This document shows positions 18,153 to 25,484 of a stretch of DNA of 33,896 bases, piece after piece (position 1 is the stretch's first letter; each line of letters opens with the position of its first letter). This stretch comes from a virus (taxonomy: Duplodnaviria; Caudoviricetes). The notes under the pieces are model-generated. The model searched no databases. It was not told the DNA's origin and saw only the letters and a program-made list of their open reading frames with translations. The position numbers were made by a program, and so were the translations under genes. Location of the stretch: the IMG/VR virus record IMGVR_UViG_3300030376_003660, positions 1 through 33,896 of that record. One strand, 5' to 3'.

Positions 18153-20152
18153 GCTCTAGGTAAATTGTCCGAAACTGTGCCGCCAAAGGCGAGCTTTTGC
18201 TGGCGAAGCTGCAACTCGCTCTCTAGCTCAAAGCGGCGCAACTCAAGCTCAGCTTGCATCTTCTCACGCTCTAGCTCTAGCTCGGCTTGCATCTTCTGCT
18301 TTTTCAACTCAAGCTCAGCTTGGAATTGCGCCATCTCAGCCTGTGCTGAGCCATCGCCCTGCTGCTGCTGAGCGCCCTGCGCAATAGCCGCATCAATTTG
18401 TTCGCCAGATGTGAAAAACTGGTCGGTGTCCTTAAAGCCAGCCATCTCGGCAATGCGCTTGAGCGTGTTCACATATTGCGAAGGCTTAACAACAGGATTG
18501 CCAGCCCCAAGTTGCGCCATGATCTGCTCTTGCTTACCAGCAATCTGCACAAGCATAGCCATCTTCTCATCTTCACGGCCATTGCCCAAGCCAACCTCAA
18601 TGCTAAGATCAAAGCCATTCGCCCAAGCACGCGGGTCAATCGCTACGAAATCGCCACGAATACGCACAACGCGCTCGCTGTCCTGATGCTTTTGCAGCAA
18701 ATGCAAAACACCCTTGGCTAAATCACGGCAACCCGTTTCAGCGAACACCCTAGCAATCATTTCGATTTTAAGTTGAGCGCCTTGGATAGTTGCATTAACA
18801 GCCGATGCAGTCGTGCTTTGAAGCGTGCTAGGGTCAAGCCCCATCGAAGCTTTAGAAAAACCCGTACGCTGATCACGAACCTGATCCACATACTCAAGCA
18901 TTGCAAACGCAGAGTTGCCAATCTGCGGGACGGCCAAAGGCTGCACCATGCCCGGCGCACGCATACGAACAATGCCCCCAGGGCGCGACGAAAGTAAGTC
19001 ATCAAGGTTTACCTGCCCTTCCACAGCGCCAACTCGGCTGTTGTTCGTTAAATACAAATTGTCGAGCATTTGCCGCATCACAGTAGACTTGATGACCTGC
19101 AAATCCTTAACCATCTCGGCGACAGAACGCCCAACCATGCGGTGCGGCATCAAGATCGGCGAAAGTATGGCAAATGGCATGTGGTCAAACGGCTCGTTCT
19201 CAAGCACTTCATCGCCATCACCCAGCGAAACAACACGCCGAAGCTCAGGTATATTGTCGCCGTCATAGTCGGCGCGAATGTAAGCCTCAGTGACCAACAC
19301 CTCGCGCATCGACGGGTCAGAGCTTTCATGCTTCTCGCCAGACTCAAGTTCATCAAAGCGCGTCTGACGCTCAGCCTCGTTGTCTAAATCGTCGTTCCCC
19401 GCAAAACGCAGAACAACGTCAGGGTCATACCCCTGCTCAATTAAATCGCCAGCGCGCACTTGCGTCCTGTGGGCAATAAACGAACAGTCTTCGAGAGCAG
19501 TCGCGCGGCGAGAGAAAATCAGTTCTTCGGGTGGCACGTTGTCAAGCTTAACATTGCCCGACTTCTTGGTGCGCTTTACTTCCACCGAATAGGTGCGCTC
19601 CATAGGCATCTCGTTGCCGTCAGGGTCAACCACGCCAACCTCAGTGACTTCCTGAGAGACAATCTCAATCGCCGGGTCAGAGATAAGCAAAGTAAGCTCG
19701 TCTTCGGTAAGGCTCTCGTAGCTTTCGCTAATAGTTGTGTCAGTCTCAGCCCAATGGAATTTCACACAGCCCTGCTTGAACAGCAAAGCGTCCTTAAACC
19801 AGTTGTGGATCACCCGAAAACCAGAGTTGTCGTGGTTAATTGCAAAGTTTACCAAGTCAGTCGCTTGCTCGGCAGCTTGCACATCCTCAGGGCCACGCGG
19901 CAAAAACCGCGCAAACTCAGGCGAAGACGCAAACATTTTCATCAGCGATGGCATGATATATTCGATTGTGTCAGACACTTCGGTAGCGACAACCTGACTG
20001 CGGTTTTCCACCTCGTTGCCAAAAGGCTCGCCAAGGTAATACCGCAAAGTCTCAACACGATCTGCCGAAAACTCGCTTTCGTGGTAATTCACAGCGCTCT
20101 GTATTTCGTTCTGCAAAATGCTGCGAAAGCGCAGTTCATCCATTTTAGCCAT
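18149..20152 (-). CDS. Portal protein (P22-like)
   Basis: 667 aa after terL; WFKDALLFKQG, RQMLDNLY motifs; C-terminal coiled-coil barrel. Confidence 0.9.
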   Translation of the reverse strand: MAKMDELRFRSILQNEIQSAVNYHESEFSADRVETLRYYLGEPFGNEVENRSQVVATEVSDTIEYIMPSLMKMFASSPEFARFLPRGPEDVQAAEQATDLVNFAINHDNSGFRVIHNWFKDALLFKQGCVKFHWAETDTTISESYESLTEDELTLLISDPAIEIVSQEVTEVGVVDPDGNEMPMERTYSVEVKRTKKSGNVKLDNVPPEELIFSRRATALEDCSFIAHRTQVRAGDLIEQGYDPDVVLRFAGNDDLDNEAERQTRFDELESGEKHESSDPSMREVLVTEAYIRADYDGDNIPELRRVVSLGDGDEVLENEPFDHMPFAILSPILMPHRMVGRSVAEMVKDLQVIKSTVMRQMLDNLYLTNNSRVGAVEGQVNLDDLLSSRPGGIVRMRAPGMVQPLAVPQIGNSAFAMLEYVDQVRDQRTGFSKASMGLDPSTLQSTTASAVNATIQGAQLKIEMIARVFAETGCRDLAKGVLHLLQKHQDSERVVRIRGDFVAIDPRAWANGFDLSIEVGLGNGREDEKMAMLVQIAGKQEQIMAQLGAGNPVVKPSQYVNTLKRIAEMAGFKDTDQFFTSGEQIDAAIAQGAQQQQGDGSAQAEMAQFQAELELKKQKMQAELELEREKMQAELELRRFELESELQLRQQKLAFGGTVSDNLPRA

Positions 20153-20297
20153 TAGAGCTATACTTCCCAGTTTTCATGCTTGACTTCATAGCGCGGTAGC
20201 TGGGCTTGCCAGCTTGAGGCTTACGCTTCTTCACCTTCGCCACAGGTTCAACTTTGCGACCGGGGTTAGGGTTTTTGTAAACGCGCATATACATCAT
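20145..20297 (-). CDS. Small basic protein (50 aa)
   Basis: Start reassigned to ATG 20297, immediately after the terL stop; Lys/Arg-rich. Confidence 0.55.
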   Translation of the reverse strand: MMYMRVYKNPNPGRKVEPVAKVKKRKPQAGKPSYRAMKSSMKTGKYSSNG

Positions 20298-20298
20298 G

Positions 20299-21702
20299 TC
20301 AGGTAATCCAGTTGCTATCGCCGTAGTCCAACTCGGCGCGATACCCGTAGGCACTCGCACCGCCAGCCGCACGCACGGCTTGCCCGGCAAAAGTTAAAAC
20401 AAACGCATCGGCCAAGTCGGGCGAACGCAAGCCGCGCTTCTTCATCTCGTCTTTACCTTCAGCCTTGAACTTGCCCGACGAAAGTATCTTAAAGCGCAAA
20501 GACGTAAGCTCATGCAGCAGTTCATCCTGATCTGGCATCTGGCAATCACGCGCCTCAAACCATTCACGACACTTAAACCAAAGCTCGTCACGCAAGCGCT
20601 GATAGCGCGTGCCCAAAGCTGGACTTTCGGCAACATTGACGCCTCGCGCTGGCAAACCAAGCTCCAACAGGCGGTCAACCGCACCAGCGCCAACGCCAAT
20701 GCTGTCACAGCAAATCTCGCTAGGGCGATCCATGAAAGGCGTGGCCTCATATTCGGCAAGAATAAGACCGACAGTCTCCATCAGGTCTTTGCCCTGCCAA
20801 TGCTTGATCGGCTCAAGCAAAACATTGCCCTGACGCTTAGCCAAAGCTGTGCGGTCGCTCCCAAATCTCGCTAGGTCCAAACCCCAGATCGGCGCAATCG
20901 TCATAGGGTCAACGTCACGCCCGACCGCAGCATCAACCAAGTGCTTGCTGATAAGGCTATCGTCATTTTGCTTGGCAAATTCGCCAAGGACGCGCACGCC
21001 AAAAATTGAACTGTCTTCGCCATACTGGTGCTTCATGTCTTCGATGAAGTCATCGCTTACATACTCAGCGTCTTCGCAACTCACGGTCATCTTGTGCCAG
21101 CGATGAGCGTTCTTGTGGAAAGCCTCGTAGAAATACCCGTTGCTGCGCGTAGGGTTGCCCACCATGAGTATCTTAGAGCCAGCCGTGGATAACGCACCCT
21201 GCGCAACCTCAAAGACAATATCGTCAACGCCAGAACATTCGTCGATGACAAACAAAAGCTTCTCATGGTGAAAGCCCTGCAATGCCTCTGGGTTCTCTTT
21301 GCGGCTCACCCGCGCGTGACAGGAGCTATCCACGCCCTTAACACTGATTTTCTCAGAGGTTATCTCAAGCTGGCCTTGCAAGCCTTTCGGCATCTTACGC
21401 GCCCACTTTTGTATCTCAGCCCACAAAACTTGGCTCAACTGGTTGGCGCTGTTCGCCGTGCAAACTATGCGGCAAGGGCGGGTAATCAAGTACCACAGAA
21501 TGACCCAGCTAAGCAGCGCAGACTTGCCAACGCCGTGGCCAGACTTGCACGCCACACGCGGGCCGTCCCGCACGGCTTCAAGCGCCTCTTTCTGCCAAGC
21601 CTGTGGCTCAGCGCCAAGGACAGACTTAACGAACAGCACAGGGTCGCCATGAAGCTGCAACAAAGTGTCGGCTAGGGTCGGCGATTGCTTGGGTTTGGGC
21701 AT
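20299..21702 (-). CDS. terL: Terminase large subunit
   Basis: Walker A SGHGVGKS, Walker B FVIDE, coupling motif GNP, nuclease GLDLARFGSD and SPDLADA; start set at MPKPK downstream of the terminator. Confidence 0.93.
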   Translation of the reverse strand: MPKPKQSPTLADTLLQLHGDPVLFVKSVLGAEPQAWQKEALEAVRDGPRVACKSGHGVGKSALLSWVILWYLITRPCRIVCTANSANQLSQVLWAEIQKWARKMPKGLQGQLEITSEKISVKGVDSSCHARVSRKENPEALQGFHHEKLLFVIDECSGVDDIVFEVAQGALSTAGSKILMVGNPTRSNGYFYEAFHKNAHRWHKMTVSCEDAEYVSDDFIEDMKHQYGEDSSIFGVRVLGEFAKQNDDSLISKHLVDAAVGRDVDPMTIAPIWGLDLARFGSDRTALAKRQGNVLLEPIKHWQGKDLMETVGLILAEYEATPFMDRPSEICCDSIGVGAGAVDRLLELGLPARGVNVAESPALGTRYQRLRDELWFKCREWFEARDCQMPDQDELLHELTSLRFKILSSGKFKAEGKDEMKKRGLRSPDLADAFVLTFAGQAVRAAGGASAYGYRAELDYGDSNWIT

Positions 21703-21715
21703 ATGGATGTTCTGC

Positions 21716-21742
21716 AAAAAGAAAGACCCCACGGGGGGGTCT
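21716..21742 (-). terminator. Intrinsic terminator directly upstream of terL
   Basis: AGACCCC-CCCGT-GGGGTCT-TTCTTTTT on the minus strand. Confidence 0.8.
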
Positions 21743-21833
21743 AGTTAGGGAGAGGAGGAGTAGAAATGAAAGACGAGCTAGCGGAGAGGGTGGTGGGAGT
21801 GGGAGAGAAACCCAAGGGACACTAGCTCATCTT
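21716..21833 (-). ncRNA. Predicted ~118-nt small RNA or terminated late leader
   Basis: Bounded by a near-consensus promoter and an intrinsic terminator; 12-bp 5' stem with G-U pairs valid only on this strand; C/U-rich single-stranded tracts. Confidence 0.55.
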
Positions 21834-21839
21834 AAAAGG

Positions 21840-21868
21840 AATATATTCGTATGCGGGGAGCATGTCAA
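21840..21868 (-). promoter_or_regulatory. sigma70 promoter facing terL
   Basis: TTGACA-N17-TATATT (11/12 consensus). Confidence 0.8.
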
Positions 21869-22025
21869 TAGGTAAGGATAGGTAGGAGGGGGGTAAGAGG
21901 GGTTGGGGGGGGAGATGTGGGTATATATACATATATATCCGCCCCGCCAAATCGCGTGACGGGGGGGGTCTGGCCGATTTTTGCAGATTTTTTGCCCCGG
22001 ATCGGCTTGCGTTCAACGAATCGCG

Positions 22026-22427
22026 CTACTTTTTGGAAGGTTTACCTGGAAGATCAGCGCTTTCCTCTGAGTTTTCTGGTGTAATATCAATAAGTTGCGC
22101 ATCTTCGGACGCCTCTTGCAAAGGGGCATGTCTAAGAATTGCGTTCTGCTCGGCAATCCGCGCTGCTACTTCGCCCAGCGCCAAGCTAAACTCGCTGCCC
22201 TCGCCGCTAATGTTGACTTCCTGTGGAACAAATTTGCTAAGCTTTGATAGCGTGCCAGCCGCATCTAGTTGAATTTGCTTGGATAATAGCATGTCTAGCG
22301 GCTGGCCGTTCTTTTTGCATATGTCCAGAGCGCTATAAATTTCTTTACGCAATCTTGCGGTGATGTGAGCCGCGCCGCCTGTGCCAACTGGCCGCCCCGG
22401 TCTGCGCTTAGGCTTTAACTGAGACAT
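22026..22427 (-). CDS. terS: Putative terminase small subunit
   Basis: KRRPGRPVG basic N-terminus, helical core, position upstream of terL. Confidence 0.65.
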   Translation of the reverse strand: MSQLKPKRRPGRPVGTGGAAHITARLRKEIYSALDICKKNGQPLDMLLSKQIQLDAAGTLSKLSKFVPQEVNISGEGSEFSLALGEVAARIAEQNAILRHAPLQEASEDAQLIDITPENSEESADLPGKPSKK

Positions 22428-22512
22428 TTATATGTTTTTCCTTGATAATTACTTTGATTATCAAAAATAAGCTAACAATCCAAAAAAAACAACGCCTTGC
22501 TTAATTTATTTC

Positions 22513-22541
22513 TTGATTATTCATTTTTATTGCGGTAGAAA
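22513..22541 (+). promoter_or_regulatory. Putative promoter of the plus-strand orphan gene array
   Basis: TTGATT-N17-TAGAAA with an AT-rich upstream region; overlaps motifs shared with the cro/cI region. Confidence 0.5.
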
Positions 22542-22574
22542 TAACTAGAAACAACTAAAAAGGAGTGAGAGACA

Positions 22575-22796
22575 ATGCAGAATAACCCTAAGCTAAAAGG
22601 ACAACTGGCCGCGCCTAAAGAATTATTTGGCGATTTTTCCCGGTATGCCATTGCGCCGGTTCATTCGCGCTTTGATGCGGTTCAATGGTTCGTCTGGGAT
22701 GCTGAGCATCCCGATTGCACAGAAAATCAGCGCACAGTTGTTATCCGCCAAGAAGACACAAAAGCGCAAGCAATGGCTGGCCTAATCGGCTCTTGA
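22575..22796 (+). CDS. Orphan early protein 1 (73 aa)
   Basis: RBS AAGGAGTGAGAGACA-ATG; stop TGA lies in repeat 1. Confidence 0.85.
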   Translation: MQNNPKLKGQLAAPKELFGDFSRYAIAPVHSRFDAVQWFVWDAEHPDCTENQRTVVIRQEDTKAQAMAGLIGS

Positions 22797-22876
22797 CGTA
22801 TCGCTGCGCAGCGCTTGCGAGCGCTGCCATGCCATGCGCCAAAGCATGAACAAACAAAACAGGAGTGAGAGAAATG
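22792..22876 (+). repeat. Structured intergenic repeat, copy 1
   Basis: CTTGACGTATCGC-TGC-GCAGCGCT-TGCG-AGCGCTGC-CAT-GCCATGCGCCAA, then A-rich tract, AGGAG and ATG. Confidence 0.95.
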
Positions 22877-23071
22877 TATAGACCAATAGGAAAAGACCCA
22901 AGGTACACAATAACAAAAGAGTGGACAGGCAAAGAAAAGCCGCAATTTGTTTTACGCTTTTGTGATGAATGGATTTGCGCAACATCATTTTTTGATAGCG
23001 CTGTAGTTCGTGCGGTTGGGCATAAAGCCCATCGCCAAGGCGCTTTAGTTTTCACAGAAACCACAGCTTGA
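22874..23071 (+). CDS. Orphan early protein 2 (65 aa)
   Basis: ATG and RBS from repeat 1; stop in repeat 2. Confidence 0.85.
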   Translation: MYRPIGKDPRYTITKEWTGKEKPQFVLRFCDEWICATSFFDSAVVRAVGHKAHRQGALVFTETTA

Positions 23072-23149
23072 CGTATCGCTTCGCAGCGCTTGCGAGCGCT
23101 GCATTGCCATGCGCCAAAGCATGAAAACAAAAATAGGAGAGAGACAATG
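23067..23149 (+). repeat. Structured intergenic repeat, copy 2
   Basis: Nearly identical to copy 1. Confidence 0.95.
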
Positions 23150-23431
23150 CAAACCATTACCACAAAATTTTTAAGCCCAACAAATTGCCGGGGCGACCGC
23201 ATTAAAGCAAAAATGTCCTATGGCCGCGACACTGTAACGATTGGCTATGATTACGCGCTGAACAATGAGCAAAACCACCTAGCTGCTGCAAAAGCGCTGG
23301 CCGAAAAGGTTGGCTGGTCTGGCCATTACGCTGGCGGCTCTTGCGGCTCGGATAGCTGGGTATTCGTCAATGTCGAAGGCGCGCGAAGTGGCCGCATGGA
23401 TTTCACGCGACCAGAAGCGCTTCCAGCATGA
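23147..23431 (+). CDS. Early protein 3 (94 aa; MQTITTKFLSPTN...)
   Basis: ATG and RBS from repeat 2; TKFLSPTN.RG.RIKA resembles an uncharacterised phage protein family (recalled). Confidence 0.85.
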   Translation: MQTITTKFLSPTNCRGDRIKAKMSYGRDTVTIGYDYALNNEQNHLAAAKALAEKVGWSGHYAGGSCGSDSWVFVNVEGARSGRMDFTRPEALPA

Positions 23432-23541
23432 CCCGCCGCGACCTTATCACCATCGCCAAACGAACACGTGCAGCCGATTGGCTGGGCGGCTTGGCTCTAT
23501 TCGTCGGGCTTTTTGCCGGGCTATTTTTAACGGGAGTATGA
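23428..23541 (+). CDS. 37-aa single-pass membrane peptide
   Basis: Not in the track. ATGA overlap with previous stop; MTRRDLITIAKRTRAADWLGGLALFVGLFAGLFLTGV; exactly fills the gap to the next gene. Confidence 0.7.
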   Translation: MTRRDLITIAKRTRAADWLGGLALFVGLFAGLFLTGV

Positions 23542-23544
23542 GAG

Positions 23545-23817
23545 ATGATTAAACGTGATTTAACCGAAATTTTAAATGACCTGCCAGAGATGTGCATGGC
23601 GCAAGACCTTTACGACAAGAGCAAGGCCACGATGATAAAGAAAGGCATCAAGGGCTTCTGGCAAATGGACGGCTGGACTTGGGAAGCCGCGATGCAATGG
23701 AACGAGCGCCAAGGTATCAGCGCGGCGCAAATCGAAGCTATGCAAGCTGGCTCTATGTTTGGCTTCCATGTGCCGGGTGCTGATCCGAAAAACTGCGAAG
23801 AAAGAAACGCATCTTGA
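23545..23817 (+). CDS. Early protein 5 (90 aa)
   Basis: RBS GGGAG; AMQAGSMFGFHVPGADP motif; stop in repeat 3. Confidence 0.85.
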   Translation: MIKRDLTEILNDLPEMCMAQDLYDKSKATMIKKGIKGFWQMDGWTWEAAMQWNERQGISAAQIEAMQAGSMFGFHVPGADPKNCEERNAS

Positions 23818-23895
23818 TACATTGCTTAGCAGCGCTTGGCGGCGCTGCATTGCCATGTAGCAAGCATGAAAACAAAATAGGAGTGAGAGACAATG
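23813..23895 (+). repeat. Structured intergenic repeat, copy 3 (diverged, compensatory changes)
   Basis: CTTGATACATTGC-TTA-GCAGCGCT-TGGC-GGCGCTGC-ATT-GCCATGTAGCAA, then the same A-rich/RBS tail. Confidence 0.93.
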
Positions 23896-24051
23896 CGAAC
23901 CTTTGACCTAACGCCAAACTGGCAAACAGCCGCAGCTATCCTTGGGCGTTGCTTAAGGGATGGCGAAGATGAAGCCGCCAAGGGCGGGGCATTTGAGGAA
24001 ATTGTCAGAATGGGCAAGCTTTTGGATCAGCTTATTGAGGGGCAGAAATGA
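23893..24051 (+). CDS. Early protein 6 (52 aa)
   Basis: Not in the track. MRTFDLTPNWQTAAAILGRCLRDGEDEAAKGGAFEEIVRMGKLLDQLIEGQK; RBS from repeat 3; ATGA overlap with next gene. Confidence 0.8.
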   Translation: MRTFDLTPNWQTAAAILGRCLRDGEDEAAKGGAFEEIVRMGKLLDQLIEGQK

Positions 24052-24320
24052 GACGCATATTTAACCACCCCAAGCCGTGCATCAACTGCGGCAAACCCGC
24101 GAAGAAAGACATAGAAAGCTATGCTGGCACAGAGCCGTATCGTGGCAACCTGCGCGTTTTGCGCAGTACGACACACAAGCACGGCGACAACAGCCAAATT
24201 GTTGCTGAAGTGCTATGGGACGGCGAAAGCTACGCCCACTATTGCGGCCACTTCTGCACAAATCGTTGCGCCCAAGAATTTGCAAACGCCATTGTAGATG
24301 GAAAGGAACGCTGGCGATGA
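24048..24320 (+). CDS. Putative zinc-binding protein (90 aa)
   Basis: CxxC near the N-terminus and FCxxxC near the C-terminus. Confidence 0.75.
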   Translation: MRRIFNHPKPCINCGKPAKKDIESYAGTEPYRGNLRVLRSTTHKHGDNSQIVAEVLWDGESYAHYCGHFCTNRCAQEFANAIVDGKERWR

Positions 24321-24466
24321 CCCCTCTTGCACAACTCCAAGCCCAATCTGAGCAAGTCTATGCGGCGGCTCGGCTGGGCTTAATCACCGAAGAACAAAAG
24401 AAACACCGCTTGGCGATCTTGGCCAATGGCATTTTCGCGGCGGTTACGCATCAAGCTAAGCCCTAA
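24317..24466 (+). CDS. Early protein 8 (49 aa)
   Basis: Start reassigned to MTPLAQ (ATGA overlap, RBS AAGGA); stop overlaps the convergent gene's stop. Confidence 0.6.
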   Translation: MTPLAQLQAQSEQVYAAARLGLITEEQKKHRLAILANGIFAAVTHQAKP

Positions 24467-24975
24467 CCCCTAGCCATACCAAAGTGATCCCCAAGCGCAT
24501 CCAAGGCCAGCCTTAGCGCGACGATGCCGCCCTTGGGGTCATGCCCTTCACGCTCGCCCCAATCCCGCGCCGTCATGCCTTCGATGGCCACCCACTGCGC
24601 CACGCTTGACAGGTCGCGCCCGATGTCGCGCAATGCTGCCATATAGCTGGAAAACGCTTCGCCCACAGTTTCGCCGCCCTTGCCGCCGTCAACGCGCACA
24701 GCTTCATAGTCTATCGTGCGTTGCGATCTGCCAGCCATGAACCACAATCTGTATAGCTCTAGCCCGGCCTCATATTGCCGCCTGTTGATTTGCTCGCGCT
24801 GCATGTATCTGTCCAGCATTGTTTGGTTGACAATTCGCACGCGCTTTGCGCTGCCTAGCTGCTTGCTTGTGCGCTCGTACATCACGCCGTCACGGCCAGC
24901 CTTACCTAGCCTTTCTGGCGTCCCGTAGTCGCTCAAATCGCTTAACTGGTTAAGCCTTTTCTTGGGCTTTTTCAT
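24463..24975 (-). CDS. DUF6456/GafZ-like putative late transcription antiterminator
   Basis: RQYEAG...RVDGG...LRLALDALGDHFG pattern; last gene of the early operon, the position of lambda Q. Confidence 0.65.
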   Translation of the reverse strand: MKKPKKRLNQLSDLSDYGTPERLGKAGRDGVMYERTSKQLGSAKRVRIVNQTMLDRYMQREQINRRQYEAGLELYRLWFMAGRSQRTIDYEAVRVDGGKGGETVGEAFSSYMAALRDIGRDLSSVAQWVAIEGMTARDWGEREGHDPKGGIVALRLALDALGDHFGMARG

Positions 24976-25228
24976 GGGGATTGCCTTTCTTTGGCCTTGC
25001 GCAAAACCACGCTTTTAGCGGCACTTTTGTAAAACACAGTGTCCCACCCCTATAAACTTCAACTAACCACTCTAAATCGCCCCCCTGTTGAGCCAGAGCC
25101 TTACAAATTTGCTTTATGATCGCCCCATAGCCGACAACCTCTAGCCCGTTGCAACGCGCTCGCGGTATTTCATGCCATTCTGAGGCGTTCCGATATTTGC
25201 GCACGTTGTCTAGCTCGACCCTAACCAT
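24950..25228 (-). CDS. Hypothetical protein
   Basis: Start reassigned to MVRVELD, overlapping the upstream stop. Confidence 0.6.
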   Translation of the reverse strand: MVRVELDNVRKYRNASEWHEIPRARCNGLEVVGYGAIIKQICKALAQQGGDLEWLVEVYRGGTLCFTKVPLKAWFCARPKKGNPHEKAQEKA

Positions 25229-25484
25229 TGCCCTGCATTTCCCCCGCCAGAGCCGCATAGCCGCAAATGTCTATCCAGTTATCGTCACGATCAGCGCCCT
25301 TGCTGCGGGATACCTTCAGCAAAACCATCATGGCGGCCACGTCCAAGGCGCACACCTCAGTGTCAAGATAAGCCGTCCAAAGGTCAGCAATGCGTTGATG
25401 GCTTTGCGTTGCATCCCCGTAGGCCGCCTGTCGATCACCGCAAATCAACTGTTCGGCTGTTTGTAAAACCTCGCCGCGCTTCAT
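25221..25484 (-). CDS. DUF6378-family protein
   Basis: GDRQAAYG...RIADLW...MVLLKVSR...DNWIDICGYAAL; start MKRGEV with GAGGTGG RBS. Confidence 0.8.
   Translation of the reverse strand: MKRGEVLQTAEQLICGDRQAAYGDATQSHQRIADLWTAYLDTEVCALDVAAMMVLLKVSRSKGADRDDNWIDICGYAALAGEMQGNG

Noticed and set aside
2180-21675. Many long plus-strand ORFs in the track (e.g. 2415-2990, 6025-6555, 10322-10933, 19460-20155)
   Set aside because: Antisense shadows of well-supported minus-strand genes, with no RBS or recognisable motifs.
21766-21825. 19-codon plus-strand ORF (MKDELAERVVGVGEKPKGH) behind GGAGGAG
   Set aside because: No plus-strand promoter seen; promoter, terminator and G-U pairs all favour a minus-strand RNA, whose anti-SD tract explains the apparent RBS. 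Not fully excluded.
22793-22830. TTGACG/TTGATA at the repeat start as a -35 box or single-strand promoter
   Set aside because: The sequence 16-18 bp downstream is GC-rich with no -10-like hexamer in any copy.
22727-23202. Minus-strand ORFs across the orphan array
   Set aside because: They run through the repeats and oppose plus-strand ORFs that have strong, stereotyped RBSs.
22792-23895. Repeats as a CRISPR array or canonical integron attC sites
   Set aside because: Spacers are whole genes of unequal length and no cas genes are present; the RYYYAAC/GTTRRRY ends of attC are absent, and the integrase shows no evident IntI-specific insertion and has its own tRNA attP.
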